This document shows, in pieces, positions 1 through 8,120 of a DNA stretch of 64,000 bases. A program made the position numbers and the translations under genes. The notes beneath the pieces were generated by a model. The model had not been told where the DNA came from, did no database searches, and was given only the letters and a program-made list of their open reading frames with translations. This DNA comes from Candidatus Multivorans sp. (GTDB lineage: Bacteria > Acidobacteriota > Thermoanaerobaculia > Multivoradales > Multivoraceae), in contig OZ253534.1 of assembly GCA_965262355.1 (NCBI GenBank), positions 3,234,232-3,298,231 on the forward strand. Direction: 5' to 3'. The number at the start of each line of letters is the position of its first letter. Within the stretch, counting starts at the first letter, position 1.

Positions 1-1157
1 AACTGGCTTTCAACGAGCGCACGGAGCCGCGGCTCGGTTTCGTCTGGGATGTCGGCGGCCGCGGCAAGTGGAAGGTCTACGGCGGTGGGGCCTGGTCGCA
101 TGTCGACGCGTTCCGTTCGGTCGCGGGTCTGGCGGGTATCGACGGCGTGGCCGGCCTCGACGCCGGCGGCGAAACGTCCGGTTCGGGCCTCGATTTCGTC
201 CGCGCTGCCGTGGATCCCGATCTGCGGCCGGGGCTCGTGCGGGAGATGCAATTCGGTACCCGTTACCAGTTCCTGCCCGAGGTGGTCATCTCGGCGCGCC
301 TCGCCCGGCGCCGGCTGCGCGACGGCATCCGCCTCGTGCCCACACTCGTCGACGGAGAGGTCGTCTCGACCCTGCTGACGCCCGGGCTCGGCGCCGGCCG
401 CGCGCCCTGGGGCGAGGCCGCTGGCGAACTGCCGCGACTCGAGCAGGACTGGTGGGGCGCCGAGCTGAACGCGAACGTCGGTCTCGACCCGGCCTGGCGC
501 GTTCATTTCACCTACCTTTGGAGCCGGTTGACGGGCAACCACGAGGCCGGCGGCCTCGGACTTCAGGCCCTCAGTGGAATGGACGTTCATCCGGGAGTGG
601 CCGCGCTCGACCTCTGCTCGTCGCCGGTACCCTGCGACGTCTTCGACCTGACCGGTGAGAGCCGGCGCCTCGACGCCGACCGCGAGCACCAGTTCTCCGG
701 CTGGCTCGTGCTGTCTCCCGGCGACCGGTTGATGCTGGCCCTGGTCTACCGCTTCCGCACCGGCGGGGCCTACGTGCCGCGGACGATGGCAGTACGCGTC
801 GACGAGGCGAACCGCATCCTCAGCACCGGACTCGCGCCGTTGCCTGCGGGACCGGACACGCCGATCAAGAGTTCCGCCCTCAAGCGCGCGGACCTCTCCC
901 TGACCTACCGCATCCCGCTGCGCTCCGACGACCGGCGCCTGTCCCTGTTCGCCGAGGCCCTCAACGTCTTCGACCAGGACGCCGCTTCACTGCTGTGGCC
1001 GCTCGTCTACTTCGATCCGGTACTGGTCGGCGTCGGCCAGCACGACCTGCTTGCCGCGGCCGCCGCGCAACAGGCGAGACCGGACCTTCGCGAGGCCCGG
1101 CCGGCGGCGTTCCAGGACAGCCGGCGGGTAAGGGCCGGGGTGAGGCTCCAGTTCTGA
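1..1157 (+). CDS. Outer-membrane beta-barrel protein (TonB-dependent-receptor-like), C-terminal part; 5' end lies outside the window
   Basis: Frame 3 is open from nt 3 (LAFNERTEPRLGFVWDVGGRGKWKVYGGGAWSH...) and runs into track ORF 147..1157. It ends ...RRVRAGVRLQF, a terminal aromatic residue typical of OM beta-barrels. Confidence 0.5.
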   Translation, partial: LAFNERTEPRLGFVWDVGGRGKWKVYGGGAWSHVDAFRSVAGLAGIDGVAGLDAGGETSGSGLDFVRAAVDPDLRPGLVREMQFGTRYQFLPEVVISARLARRRLRDGIRLVPTLVDGEVVSTLLTPGLGAGRAPWGEAAGELPRLEQDWWGAELNANVGLDPAWRVHFTYLWSRLTGNHEAGGLGLQALSGMDVHPGVAALDLCSSPVPCDVFDLTGESRRLDADREHQFSGWLVLSPGDRLMLALVYRFRTGGAYVPRTMAVRVDEANRILSTGLAPLPAGPDTPIKSSALKRADLSLTYRIPLRSDDRRLSLFAEALNVFDQDAASLLWPLVYFDPVLVGVGQHDLLAAAAAQQARPDLREARPAAFQDSRRVRAGVRLQF

Positions 1158-1226
1158 TGCCGGCGAGCGGGACGCCGGCTGGTCTAGGCTACGTGCGGAG
1201 CACCCGTACAGAGGAAGGACACACCG

Positions 1227-1559
1227 ATGAAAGCGAAGGACCGTCTCGTTGCGGCCATGGTGGACGCCATCGTTGCCGAAGTCGATCCGGAACGGGTGAT
1301 CCTGTTCGGCTCGCGGGCGCGAGGGGAGGAGGGGCAGAAGTCGGACGTGGATCTCGTCGTGATCGAGGCCGAGCCGTTCGGCGAGAGCAGGAGTCGGCAC
1401 GCGGAAATGGTGCGCATCGATGTCGCGCTCGCGAAGTTCAGGGTGCCCGCGGATGTCCTCGTCTACAGCGAAGACGAGGTCGAGTACTGGCGCGATTCGA
1501 TCAACCACGTGCTGGCGCGTGCACTGCGGGAGGGGCGAGCCCTCTATGAGCGACCCTAA
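1227..1559 (+). CDS. Minimal nucleotidyltransferase (MNT / NTP_transf_2) antitoxin-like protein
   Basis: 110 aa. RVILFGSRARGEEGQKSDVDLVVI matches the G-S...D-x-D nucleotidyltransferase motif. 14-nt overlap with the downstream HEPN ORF. Confidence 0.8.
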   Translation: MKAKDRLVAAMVDAIVAEVDPERVILFGSRARGEEGQKSDVDLVVIEAEPFGESRSRHAEMVRIDVALAKFRVPADVLVYSEDEVEYWRDSINHVLARALREGRALYERP

Positions 1560-1941
1560 GTGCGCTCGCGTGCTGATTGAGGCGGCCGAGCGCGACCTCT
1601 CGGCGCTTCACGGGATGATCGATGAGGAAGTGTTCGCCGACGAGGTGATCGGTTTCCACGCACAGCAGGCGGTCGAGAAGCTGCTCAAGGCATGGCTCGC
1701 GCTCCAGGGTGAGGAGTATCCGATCACGCACAACCTCGCCCAACTGCTCGACGCCCTACAGGCGCATGAGATGGAGGCCGTGGGCTATCGGGACCTGATT
1801 GCCCTCAATCCGTATGCGGTTCGGCTCCGCTATGTGGGGCAGGAGCCCGAGACGCCGGGAGTCGATCGTGCAGCGGTCGTTGGGCGCATCGAGTCGCTCA
1901 TGGAGCGGGTGCAGTGGCAACTGAATCGCTCGCTCCAGTAG
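1546..1941 (+). CDS. HEPN-domain protein (toxin-like partner of MNT)
   Basis: ATG at 1546 inside track ORF 1420..1941. 131-aa helical protein with ...EEYPITHNLAQLL... resembling the HEPN TH[DN]L core. Classic MNT-HEPN order and overlap. Confidence 0.7.
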   Translation: MSDPKCARVLIEAAERDLSALHGMIDEEVFADEVIGFHAQQAVEKLLKAWLALQGEEYPITHNLAQLLDALQAHEMEAVGYRDLIALNPYAVRLRYVGQEPETPGVDRAAVVGRIESLMERVQWQLNRSLQ

Positions 1942-2462
1942 AGCCTGGCGCCAAGGTCATCATCATCGCCGGGCCCAACGGGGCCGGGAAGACCACGTTT
2001 GCCTTGGAGTACCTGCCCTATGAACCGGCGTGTCCGATCTTCGTCAACGCCGACCTCATTGCGGCGGGGCTGGCACCGCTCCAGCCGGCGGCGGCGCTCT
2101 TCCGGGCGGGCCGCCTGATGTTGCAGGAGATCGACGACCATGCGAGCCACGGGCGGAGCTTCGCGTTCGAGACGACCCTCGCTGGTCTGGGCTATGTACG
2201 GAGGGTCCGGCAGTGGCGGCGGGACGGCTATGCCGTCAAGCTGATCTACCTCCCCTTGGCCACACCGGAGGAGGCGGTCCGGCGCGTCAAGCAGCGGGTG
2301 AAGCAGGGCGGCCACGGCATTCCTGAGGATGTGATCCGCCGACGGTTCGCCCGGAGCCGGAGGAACTTCCAGACCGTGTATCGGGGTATCGTCGATCTTT
2401 GGCAGGTTCTCGACCGACGAGGTCACGATCTCGTCGTTGTGGAGGAGGGGGACAACCGATGA
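1914..2462 (+). CDS. P-loop kinase/ATPase of the zeta-toxin / COG4185 type
   Basis: 182 aa. Walker A AGPNGAGKTT near the N-terminus. GTG start overlaps the HEPN ORF by 28 nt. Confidence 0.6.
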   Translation: MATESLAPVEPGAKVIIIAGPNGAGKTTFALEYLPYEPACPIFVNADLIAAGLAPLQPAAALFRAGRLMLQEIDDHASHGRSFAFETTLAGLGYVRRVRQWRRDGYAVKLIYLPLATPEEAVRRVKQRVKQGGHGIPEDVIRRRFARSRRNFQTVYRGIVDLWQVLDRRGHDLVVVEEGDNR

Positions 2463-2695
2463 AAGCGCGGAAGCGACAACTCCCAGTCTCAAGACTTGAC
2501 GATCCCGACATGCAGGCGGCACCCGCGGCCATGGAGCGAGCCGTCAGGCGCGCCCACCGAGTCGCACATCAGCACGGAACTGGCGTTCTCGTTGTGGAGA
2601 ACGGCAGGATGGTGGAGATCGAGCCGGATCCCGATGCCGCGCCAGTCGAGGCACACTCCCCCAGCCGGCAACACTGGCGCGACGGGAAACCGTAG
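2459..2695 (+). CDS. Small hypothetical protein translationally coupled to the P-loop kinase gene
   Basis: ATG at 2459 overlaps the upstream stop (ATGA). 78 aa (MKARKRQLPVSRLDDPDMQAAPAAMERAVRRAHRVAHQHGTGVLVVENGRMVEIEPDP...). No motif recognised. Confidence 0.35.
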   Translation: MKARKRQLPVSRLDDPDMQAAPAAMERAVRRAHRVAHQHGTGVLVVENGRMVEIEPDPDAAPVEAHSPSRQHWRDGKP

Positions 2696-2874
2696 CGCCG
2701 ATGAGGGCCTGGATTCGCAGAAGATGAGCTTCAACACCGAGAAAAAGCACGAGGAAGAGAGGCTGGCGTTGGCAGAGAAGGCGGCCGAGTGCAGGGAGTA
2801 CGCAGAGCGAGTAGGAGAGGACTACTGCCACCGTCACGTACTCGTGATGCTGCTGGCCGTGGCCGCGTTCGCCA

Positions 2875-3795
2875 ATGTATGCGGCGCTCGGCACGGCGCA
2901 GGAAGAACCCGCGAACGTTGCAGAGCTGCGCACGGCAACAGCAAGGGGAGATTCGGAAGGGGAAGCGCTGCTTGGGATCCTGTATGCCACTGGAAGCGGC
3001 GTTCAACAGAACGTGGCCGAAGCTGTGCGGTGGCTGAGTCGAGCAGCCGAGGATGGGCATGCGGTAGCCGTTGCCTTGATCGGAGCCAGCGTCTCCCTTG
3101 ACGACGTCTTCAAGTACACACCCGAGCAGCTTCGCCGCGCCGCTGAGAAAGCGAAGGAAGCGGGGAACAACGAAGCGGTTGAATACTACGAAAAGCGGGC
3201 TGAGCGGGCCGAGGCGAGCTTGGAGATCGTCCAGTTCCTGCGCCGTGCCGTAGAACAAGGCAACGCAACCGCGCAGGCCCTGTTGGGGCGCATCGGCATG
3301 CTGCGGAAGGACGATGAAGCCGATGATGATGAGGCCGAGAAGTGGATACGCCGCGCCGCGGAACAGGGTGATGCGTGGGGCAGCTACTACCTCGGCCTGA
3401 TGTACTACAAGGGACTGGGTGTCGAGGAGAAGACCCAGGAGGCGATTCGGTTGTGGAAACAAGCCGCTGACGGCGGCCTCAGTAGAGGCGCTGCCGAGAT
3501 CGGACTCGTCTACTTGCGCGGAATCGACGTAGAGCAGGATGAGGAGGAGGCGACACGCTGGTATCGCCGGGCTTCAGAACTGGACTATCTGGACACGAAC
3601 ATCCAGGGCACACATGAAGCTGCTTGTCCCGGTGCCGGGCAAGGCGAAGTGGGTTTGTCTGTCGGCTCGATGGAGCAGCTCTTCGCTAACGTCGAACTGG
3701 CTGATGCTGCCGAAGTTGCTCGGATACGTCTAGATGCTGAGGAGGGGAACGTCGATGCCCAGTTCATGATGGGGATGGTGGCGGGAGACAAAACG
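2875..3795 (+). pseudogene. Sel1-repeat (SLR/TPR-like) protein, 5' part, interrupted by the IS21-family element
   Basis: Repeated Sel1 units (GEALLGILYATGSGVQQNVAEAVRWLSRAAEDGH; WGSYYLGLMYYKGLGVEEKTQEAIRLWKQAADGG; ...). The reading frame is broken after ...MMGMVAGDKT at 3795 by the IS terminus. Confidence 0.8.
3789..3795. repeat. Target-site duplication (CAAAACG), left copy
   Basis: Identical 7-mer directly abuts both IS21 termini (3789-3795 and 6376-6382). Confidence 0.8.
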
Positions 3796-3896
3796 TGTTG
3801 GCAACGCTCGGAAAGTGAGCCACCCACCGTTTGGAAAGTGAGCCACCTCGGCCGTGTTGAGTGTACGCGAGTTTTCTCTCGTCGGTCCCCTTGAGT

Positions 3897-4011
3897 CAGT
3901 AGCAGTAGCGGCTGCGGTAGCTGTGGGAAACCGGTCTGCCGGTTTTCCAAGGCGGTGCGGGAAACGGTCTGCCGTTTTCCGCGGCGCCGGCAGCTTCCGC
4001 AGCCGGCCGCC
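3897..4011 (+). repeat. Structured ~115-nt repeat, copy D1 (inside the IS21 element, between the IR and the istB stop)
   Basis: About 89% identical by hand count to 31706-31822. An outer stem GGCTGCGGTAGCTG / CAGCTTCCGCAGCC encloses two tandem hairpins GGGAAACCGG-tctg-CCGGTTTTCC and GGGAAACGG-tctg-CCGTTTTCC. Confidence 0.75.
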
Positions 4012-4071
4012 GTTGCGGTCCGCTCCGCGGCGGCGCCGCGGCGGTCCGGTTGCGGGTGGTGGGGTCCGTAT

Positions 4072-4824
4072 TCACGAGGGGCTTCTCCGCAGCCGTGTCC
4101 GATAGGAGGAGCCCTTGGTGGCGAGGATGTGGGCGTGGTGGGAGAGGCGGTCGAGCAGAGCCGTGGTGAGCTTCTCGTCGCCGAATACGCGGACCCACTC
4201 GGAGAAGGCGAGGTTGGAGGTGACGATGGTCGAGCGTCGCTCGTAGCGGTCGGCGAAGACGTTGAAGAGCAGTTCGCCGCCGGCGCGGTCGAATGGCACG
4301 AAGCCGAGCTCGTCGCAGATCAGGAGATCGACCCGCTGAAGCCACTGCTGCAGGCGCCCCAGCTCCCGCTGATCGCGGGCTTCGATCAGGTCGCGGACGA
4401 GGTCGGAGGCCTTGCGGAACCAGACCCGGCGGCGGCGCTTCGCGGCCTCGATGCCCAGCGCGATGGCGAGATGCGTCTTGCCGGTGCCGATGGGTCCGAC
4501 CAGGACGACATCGTCTCCACGGTCGATGTAGTCGCAGGCCGCCAGCTCGCGCAGCTTCGGTTTGGACACTCCCTGTAGCGCCTGGAAGTCGATCTGCTCG
4601 AGCGTCTTGTGGTCGGGGAAGCGGGCCGCGCGCAGCCGGCGCTGGACGGTGCGGGCCTCACGGTCCCGGATCTCGGCCTCGAGCAGTTGCCACAGGTAGT
4701 CCTCGTAGTCCCACTGTGCGTCCTGGGCCTGACGCGCCCGCTGCTCGTAGTCGCGCAGCACGGAGGGCATCTTGAGCGTCTTGAGGCCCTCGGCGATGAC
4801 GGCTCTGCGCACCGCCCGGCTCAC
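4072..4824 (-). CDS. istB: IS21-family transposition helper ATPase IstB
   Basis: 250 aa. Walker A VLVGPIGTGKTHLAIALG. 4-nt overlap with istA. Typical IstB size. Confidence 0.9.
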   Translation of the reverse strand: MSRAVRRAVIAEGLKTLKMPSVLRDYEQRARQAQDAQWDYEDYLWQLLEAEIRDREARTVQRRLRAARFPDHKTLEQIDFQALQGVSKPKLRELAACDYIDRGDDVVLVGPIGTGKTHLAIALGIEAAKRRRRVWFRKASDLVRDLIEARDQRELGRLQQWLQRVDLLICDELGFVPFDRAGGELLFNVFADRYERRSTIVTSNLAFSEWVRVFGDEKLTTALLDRLSHHAHILATKGSSYRTRLRRSPS

Positions 4825-6263
4825 GATGCCGCCTCCTGAAGCAGCACGTCGAAGTCAGCGGCACGAGCGCTCTCGACCTCGTGGCGGCGGAGCGGCTCCG
4901 GCACCTCGATCCTGGAGGCCGGACTCCGCGGAGCGAGTCCCAGCAGGTCGAAGCGACCGGCGGTCAGGGCCTCCTCGAGTGCGGCGGCTACCTCCTCGCT
5001 GCCGTGGTCTGTGACCACGCTCAACAGCTTGGCGAAGAGCCGCGCCGTCTCCAGCGCGCCGTGCCGCAACTCCAGCATTCTCCACAGCTTGCGATAGGCC
5101 GGGCCGAGCTCTGCGAGCAGCTCCGGGGCCACCTGGCGCACCGCCTGAGGTTTCCGGGACAGCTCCTCGAAGTAGTGCGCGTAGCGCACCAGGCGCTGTC
5201 CCGGCCGCACCAGAGCGCAGCGGTACTCCGCGTCGCGACAGGAGAAGACGATGTCGCCCGTACCGACGCGGGCATGGACCTGGAGGCTCTTCCACCGCGA
5301 GGGAACCGAGTAGATCGCACCACCCAACTGCACCGTCGCCTGGCGCGACACCCGCACGATCCTGAGCTTCCTTGCCTCGAACACGGTCGGCGGCAGCTCG
5401 CGCAGAGCCGCCTGCTCCTCCTGCCACCGCGCACGGTTGCCGGGTGCCGCGTCGACCGAAGCCAGCACGCCCCGTGCGATCTCCTCCAGAGTGCGCCCTT
5501 GAGGCACCGGACTCATGTGCGCCAGACGGATTCCCTTGCCCCGCGACTCCACACTGCCCTTGTCGTGCCCCTCGCCGGGGCGGGCGAAGCACGGCTCGAA
5601 CAGGTAGTGGCTCACCAGTGCCTGGAATCGATCCGTCAACTGACGCTTGGCGCCCACCCGGCGCCGCACGGCCGCACTCAGATTGTCGTAGACCAGCCGC
5701 AGCGGCACGCCGCCCAGGTGTGCGAACGCCCGCACGTGGCCATCGAGAAACGCCACCTGGTCGCAGCGGTCGTACAGCCACACGAACGAACGGCCTGAGT
5801 ACGGCAGGTGCAGCAGGAACTTCCACACCCGGTGAGCCACACCGTCCTCCTCCACCGTCACCTCGAAGAAGTCCACCTGGCCACACTCGCCGGCACGGTG
5901 CACCAGCGGAATGAACGTCTCCTGCCGCTGACGCTTCCACTCCCGAACGTAGCTGCGAACCGTCGTGATCCCGACCTCGTAGCCATCCTCCAGCAACTGC
6001 CGATGCAGACGCGTACCCGTCAGCCGCTGCTTCGCCGTCGTCCGGCGAGACCACGTCCTCAGCAGCTCCTCCAGACGAGGCGCCATCCGCTCCGTCACCA
6101 GCCGCCGCCGCGGCCTGCTCTCCACCCGCCGCGGCGCGCTCTGATCCAGGTACTTGCGCACCGTGTTGCGGCTCACGCCGTGCTCCCGAGCCACCGAGCG
6201 TTGGCTCCGACCCTCCACCAGCACCTGGTGCCGAATAACATGTACCTGATCCATCCTCAGCAA
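4821..6263 (-). CDS. istA: IS21-family transposase IstA
   Basis: 480 aa. N-terminal HTH (RSQRSVAREHGVSRNTVRKYL) followed by an integrase-core-like region. Gene order istA-istB. Confidence 0.9.
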   Translation of the reverse strand: MLRMDQVHVIRHQVLVEGRSQRSVAREHGVSRNTVRKYLDQSAPRRVESRPRRRLVTERMAPRLEELLRTWSRRTTAKQRLTGTRLHRQLLEDGYEVGITTVRSYVREWKRQRQETFIPLVHRAGECGQVDFFEVTVEEDGVAHRVWKFLLHLPYSGRSFVWLYDRCDQVAFLDGHVRAFAHLGGVPLRLVYDNLSAAVRRRVGAKRQLTDRFQALVSHYLFEPCFARPGEGHDKGSVESRGKGIRLAHMSPVPQGRTLEEIARGVLASVDAAPGNRARWQEEQAALRELPPTVFEARKLRIVRVSRQATVQLGGAIYSVPSRWKSLQVHARVGTGDIVFSCRDAEYRCALVRPGQRLVRYAHYFEELSRKPQAVRQVAPELLAELGPAYRKLWRMLELRHGALETARLFAKLLSVVTDHGSEEVAAALEEALTAGRFDLLGLAPRSPASRIEVPEPLRRHEVESARAADFDVLLQEAAS

Positions 6264-6375
6264 GTCCTTCCTCCGATCGCGTTGGTCTACTGAACAAGAC
6301 CAAGTTACCGGCCAAGGGCCGAGGGTGGATCACTTTCCGAGCGTTGGGTGGCTCAGTTTCCGAGCGATGCCTCCA

Positions 6376-6382
6376 CAAAACG
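6376..6382. repeat. Target-site duplication (CAAAACG), right copy
   Basis: See the left copy. Removing 3796-6382 joins ...GDKT to PEEMAAATRWF... in frame. Confidence 0.8.
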
Positions 6383-7237
6383 CCCGAAGAGATGGCCGCG
6401 GCGACACGTTGGTTTCGTCTAGCCGCTGAACAGGGTCACGTCCTTGCTCAATGGCTCCTCGGAGCCGCCTATGGACCAGGGGAGGGTGGGGCGATTGACA
6501 GTGCTGAGTCTGTGCGGTGGTTTCGTTGTGCAGAATCGCAGTTGAGAGCGGCTGCCGAGCGCTCGAATCCTGACGCGCAGTACTCCCTTGGCTTTACCTA
6601 TGAGAACGGGCAAGGCGTGCTCAAGAATGTCCTTGAGGCCGAGCGCTGGTACCTCATGGCAGCGAGGCAGGGGCATGTCTATGCCCAAGCCAAGTTGGGG
6701 AACATTTACGAAACAGGCAGAATACGGGACGGAATCTCGAAGAACCTGACCGCCGCAGCGGAATGGCACCTCCGGGCTTCCAAGCAGGGAGACTCCACTT
6801 CGCAGCGCTATCTCGGACGCATGTATCTCCTCGGTCGCGGCGTTGAGGAAGACCACTTTGAGGCTGTGCGATGGTTGCGGATGGCTGCTGACCAAGGTAA
6901 CGATTTTGCGCGAAACGACCTAAATGGCATCCAGATTTGGCGTTGCTTCAAGGCCTACGACAGCGAAAAGGCGACATTGTTCAAGTTGTCGCGGTTTGAG
7001 AGCCCTCCCTCCCTTAGAGAACGCGGTCAGGTGATGGTGCGTACGGTGACGCACTCCGCCAAATCTCAAATCAATGGACTCAACCTCAGATGGGACTTCG
7101 GTCCCGACGGCGACGATAGCTACGGCTACGCCTTCGTCATTGAGCCTGATGGCACTGGCCTCTACTACGACTTCTCAGGCTCTACGGACGGTACTGCGAA
7201 ACCAAGGCAGGTTTTCGACTGCGAACTGTCGCCTTGA
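6383..7237 (+). pseudogene. Sel1-repeat protein, 3' part (continuation of 2875..3795)
   Basis: Sel1 units continue (AAATRWFRLAAEQGHVLAQWLLGAAY; AERWYLMAARQGHVYAQAKLGNIY; AVRWLRMAADQGNDFARNDL) and are followed by a ~110-aa non-Sel1 C-terminal region. The frame matches the 5' part once the IS plus one TSD copy is removed. Confidence 0.8.
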
Positions 7238-7374
7238 CTCTCACCGACGAAACCGACGAAGAGTCCGTACAACACACTGCGAGTCGAAGCGCTCCTGGCG
7301 AGGCTGAGGAGAGTAGCCTGCGCTCGAGACGAGTCCATTCCTCTGGCAGGGGCTGCATGGGAGATCAGTCTGCC

Positions 7375-7761
7375 CTACCACGAGATCCGCACCGGATACT
7401 GAGAAATCAGACGGTCCGGCGTCAGGAGCGTCATGCCGTGCTCGATCGCCTGGCAGATCAGCAGGCGGTCGAAGGGGTCCTTGTGGAGGGGCGGGAGACG
7501 TCGTAGCTGCAGAGCGCTCGCTTCATCAAAGGGGAGGCTCTCAAAGCCGTGGCGCCTGCGCTGTTCGGGCACGAAGAGCTGAGGGTCCTGTGGCAGCGGC
7601 AATCGGCCGAGGCCGTGTTTCACGGCGATTTCCCAAGCCGATGATGCGCTGAGATATACGGTGTACGCTGGGTCGGACACGGATCTTCGGACGGTCGCCG
7701 GCAGCCTGCGGTGATCCAGGCACCACCAGAGGAAGGTGCAGGTGTCGAGTAGCAGCTTCAC
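7375..7761 (-). CDS. vapC: PIN-domain ribonuclease toxin (VapC-like)
   Basis: VKLLLDTCTFLWW... N-terminus with the conserved Asp; ...HKDPFDRLLICQAIEHGMTLLTPD C-terminal PIN signature. GTG at 7761 overlaps the antitoxin stop (GTGA). The track ORF extends to 7857, but that part overlaps the antitoxin gene. Confidence 0.7.
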   Translation of the reverse strand: MKLLLDTCTFLWWCLDHRRLPATVRRSVSDPAYTVYLSASSAWEIAVKHGLGRLPLPQDPQLFVPEQRRRHGFESLPFDEASALQLRRLPPLHKDPFDRLLICQAIEHGMTLLTPDRLISQYPVRISW

Positions 7762-8015
7762 TCGTCGGGGAAGACCGGTCCGTTCTCGAAGGCTTCGATG
7801 AAGTCGTCCGGCAGCGGATCGAAGAACGACTCCGGGATCGTGAACTGTCCGCGGCACAGTCCAATGGGTCGGGGCTTCTTGCGCTCCCGCGGCAGCGGCC
7901 GGATCTCGGCGACCGGCTTGTTGCGACGGCAGAGGATGATCGTCTCGCCTTCCTTGAGTTCGGCGATGTGGTGGGACAGGTGAGTCTTCGCTTCGTGCAT
8001 GTTGAGGCGCTTCAT
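7758..8015 (-). CDS. Phd/YefM-family antitoxin
   Basis: 85 aa. MKRLNMHEAKTHLSHHIAELKEGETIILCRRNKPVAEIRPL resembles prevent-host-death family antitoxins. Immediately upstream of, and overlapping, the PIN gene. Confidence 0.7.
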   Translation of the reverse strand: MKRLNMHEAKTHLSHHIAELKEGETIILCRRNKPVAEIRPLPRERKKPRPIGLCRGQFTIPESFFDPLPDDFIEAFENGPVFPDE

Positions 8016-8028
8016 GACCAGAAACTTA

Positions 8029-8052
8029 GTTCACTTTCCGAGTCGTTGTCAA
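8029..8052 (+). repeat. Solo IS21-like terminal-repeat remnant
   Basis: TTCACTTTCCGAGTCGTTGTCAAC matches the reverse complement of the IS21 left terminus (CTCACTTTCCGAG-CGTTGCCAAC) at 21 of 23 aligned positions with one 1-nt indel. Confidence 0.4.
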
Positions 8053-8120
8053 CGGGGAAGATGACCGTGGAACCTCAGACCCCCTATGCGGAGGGAGAGC
8101 GAGGCCCTGCGATGCCGTGC

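Larger units (their letters stand above)
3796..6375 (-). mobile_element. IS21-family insertion sequence (2580 bp), istA-istB on the minus strand
   Basis: Termini TGTTGGCAACGCTCGGAAAGTGAGCCACCC (3796-3825) and the reverse complement of 6346-6375 (TGGAGGCATCGCTCGGAAACTGAGCCACCC) match at 26/30. TG...CA ends. A second internal copy of the CGCTCGGAAAGTGA(G/T)CCACC motif lies at each end (multiple terminal repeats typical of IS21). Flanked by a 7-bp direct repeat. Confidence 0.9.

Noticed and set aside
2725-2880. Small ORF (MSFNTEKKHEEERLALAEKAAECREYAERVGEDYCHRHVLVMLLAVAAFANV...) as a frameshifted membrane-anchored N-terminus of the Sel1 protein
   Set aside because: It lies in a different frame from the Sel1 ORF, and I cannot show a frameshift site or homology. 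It may be a separate tiny gene or non-coding, so it is left unannotated.
4855-6378. 507-aa and 305-aa alternative ORFs inside the IS21 element
   Set aside because: They overlap istA in other frames or on the other strand and lack motifs. istA and istB fully explain the element.
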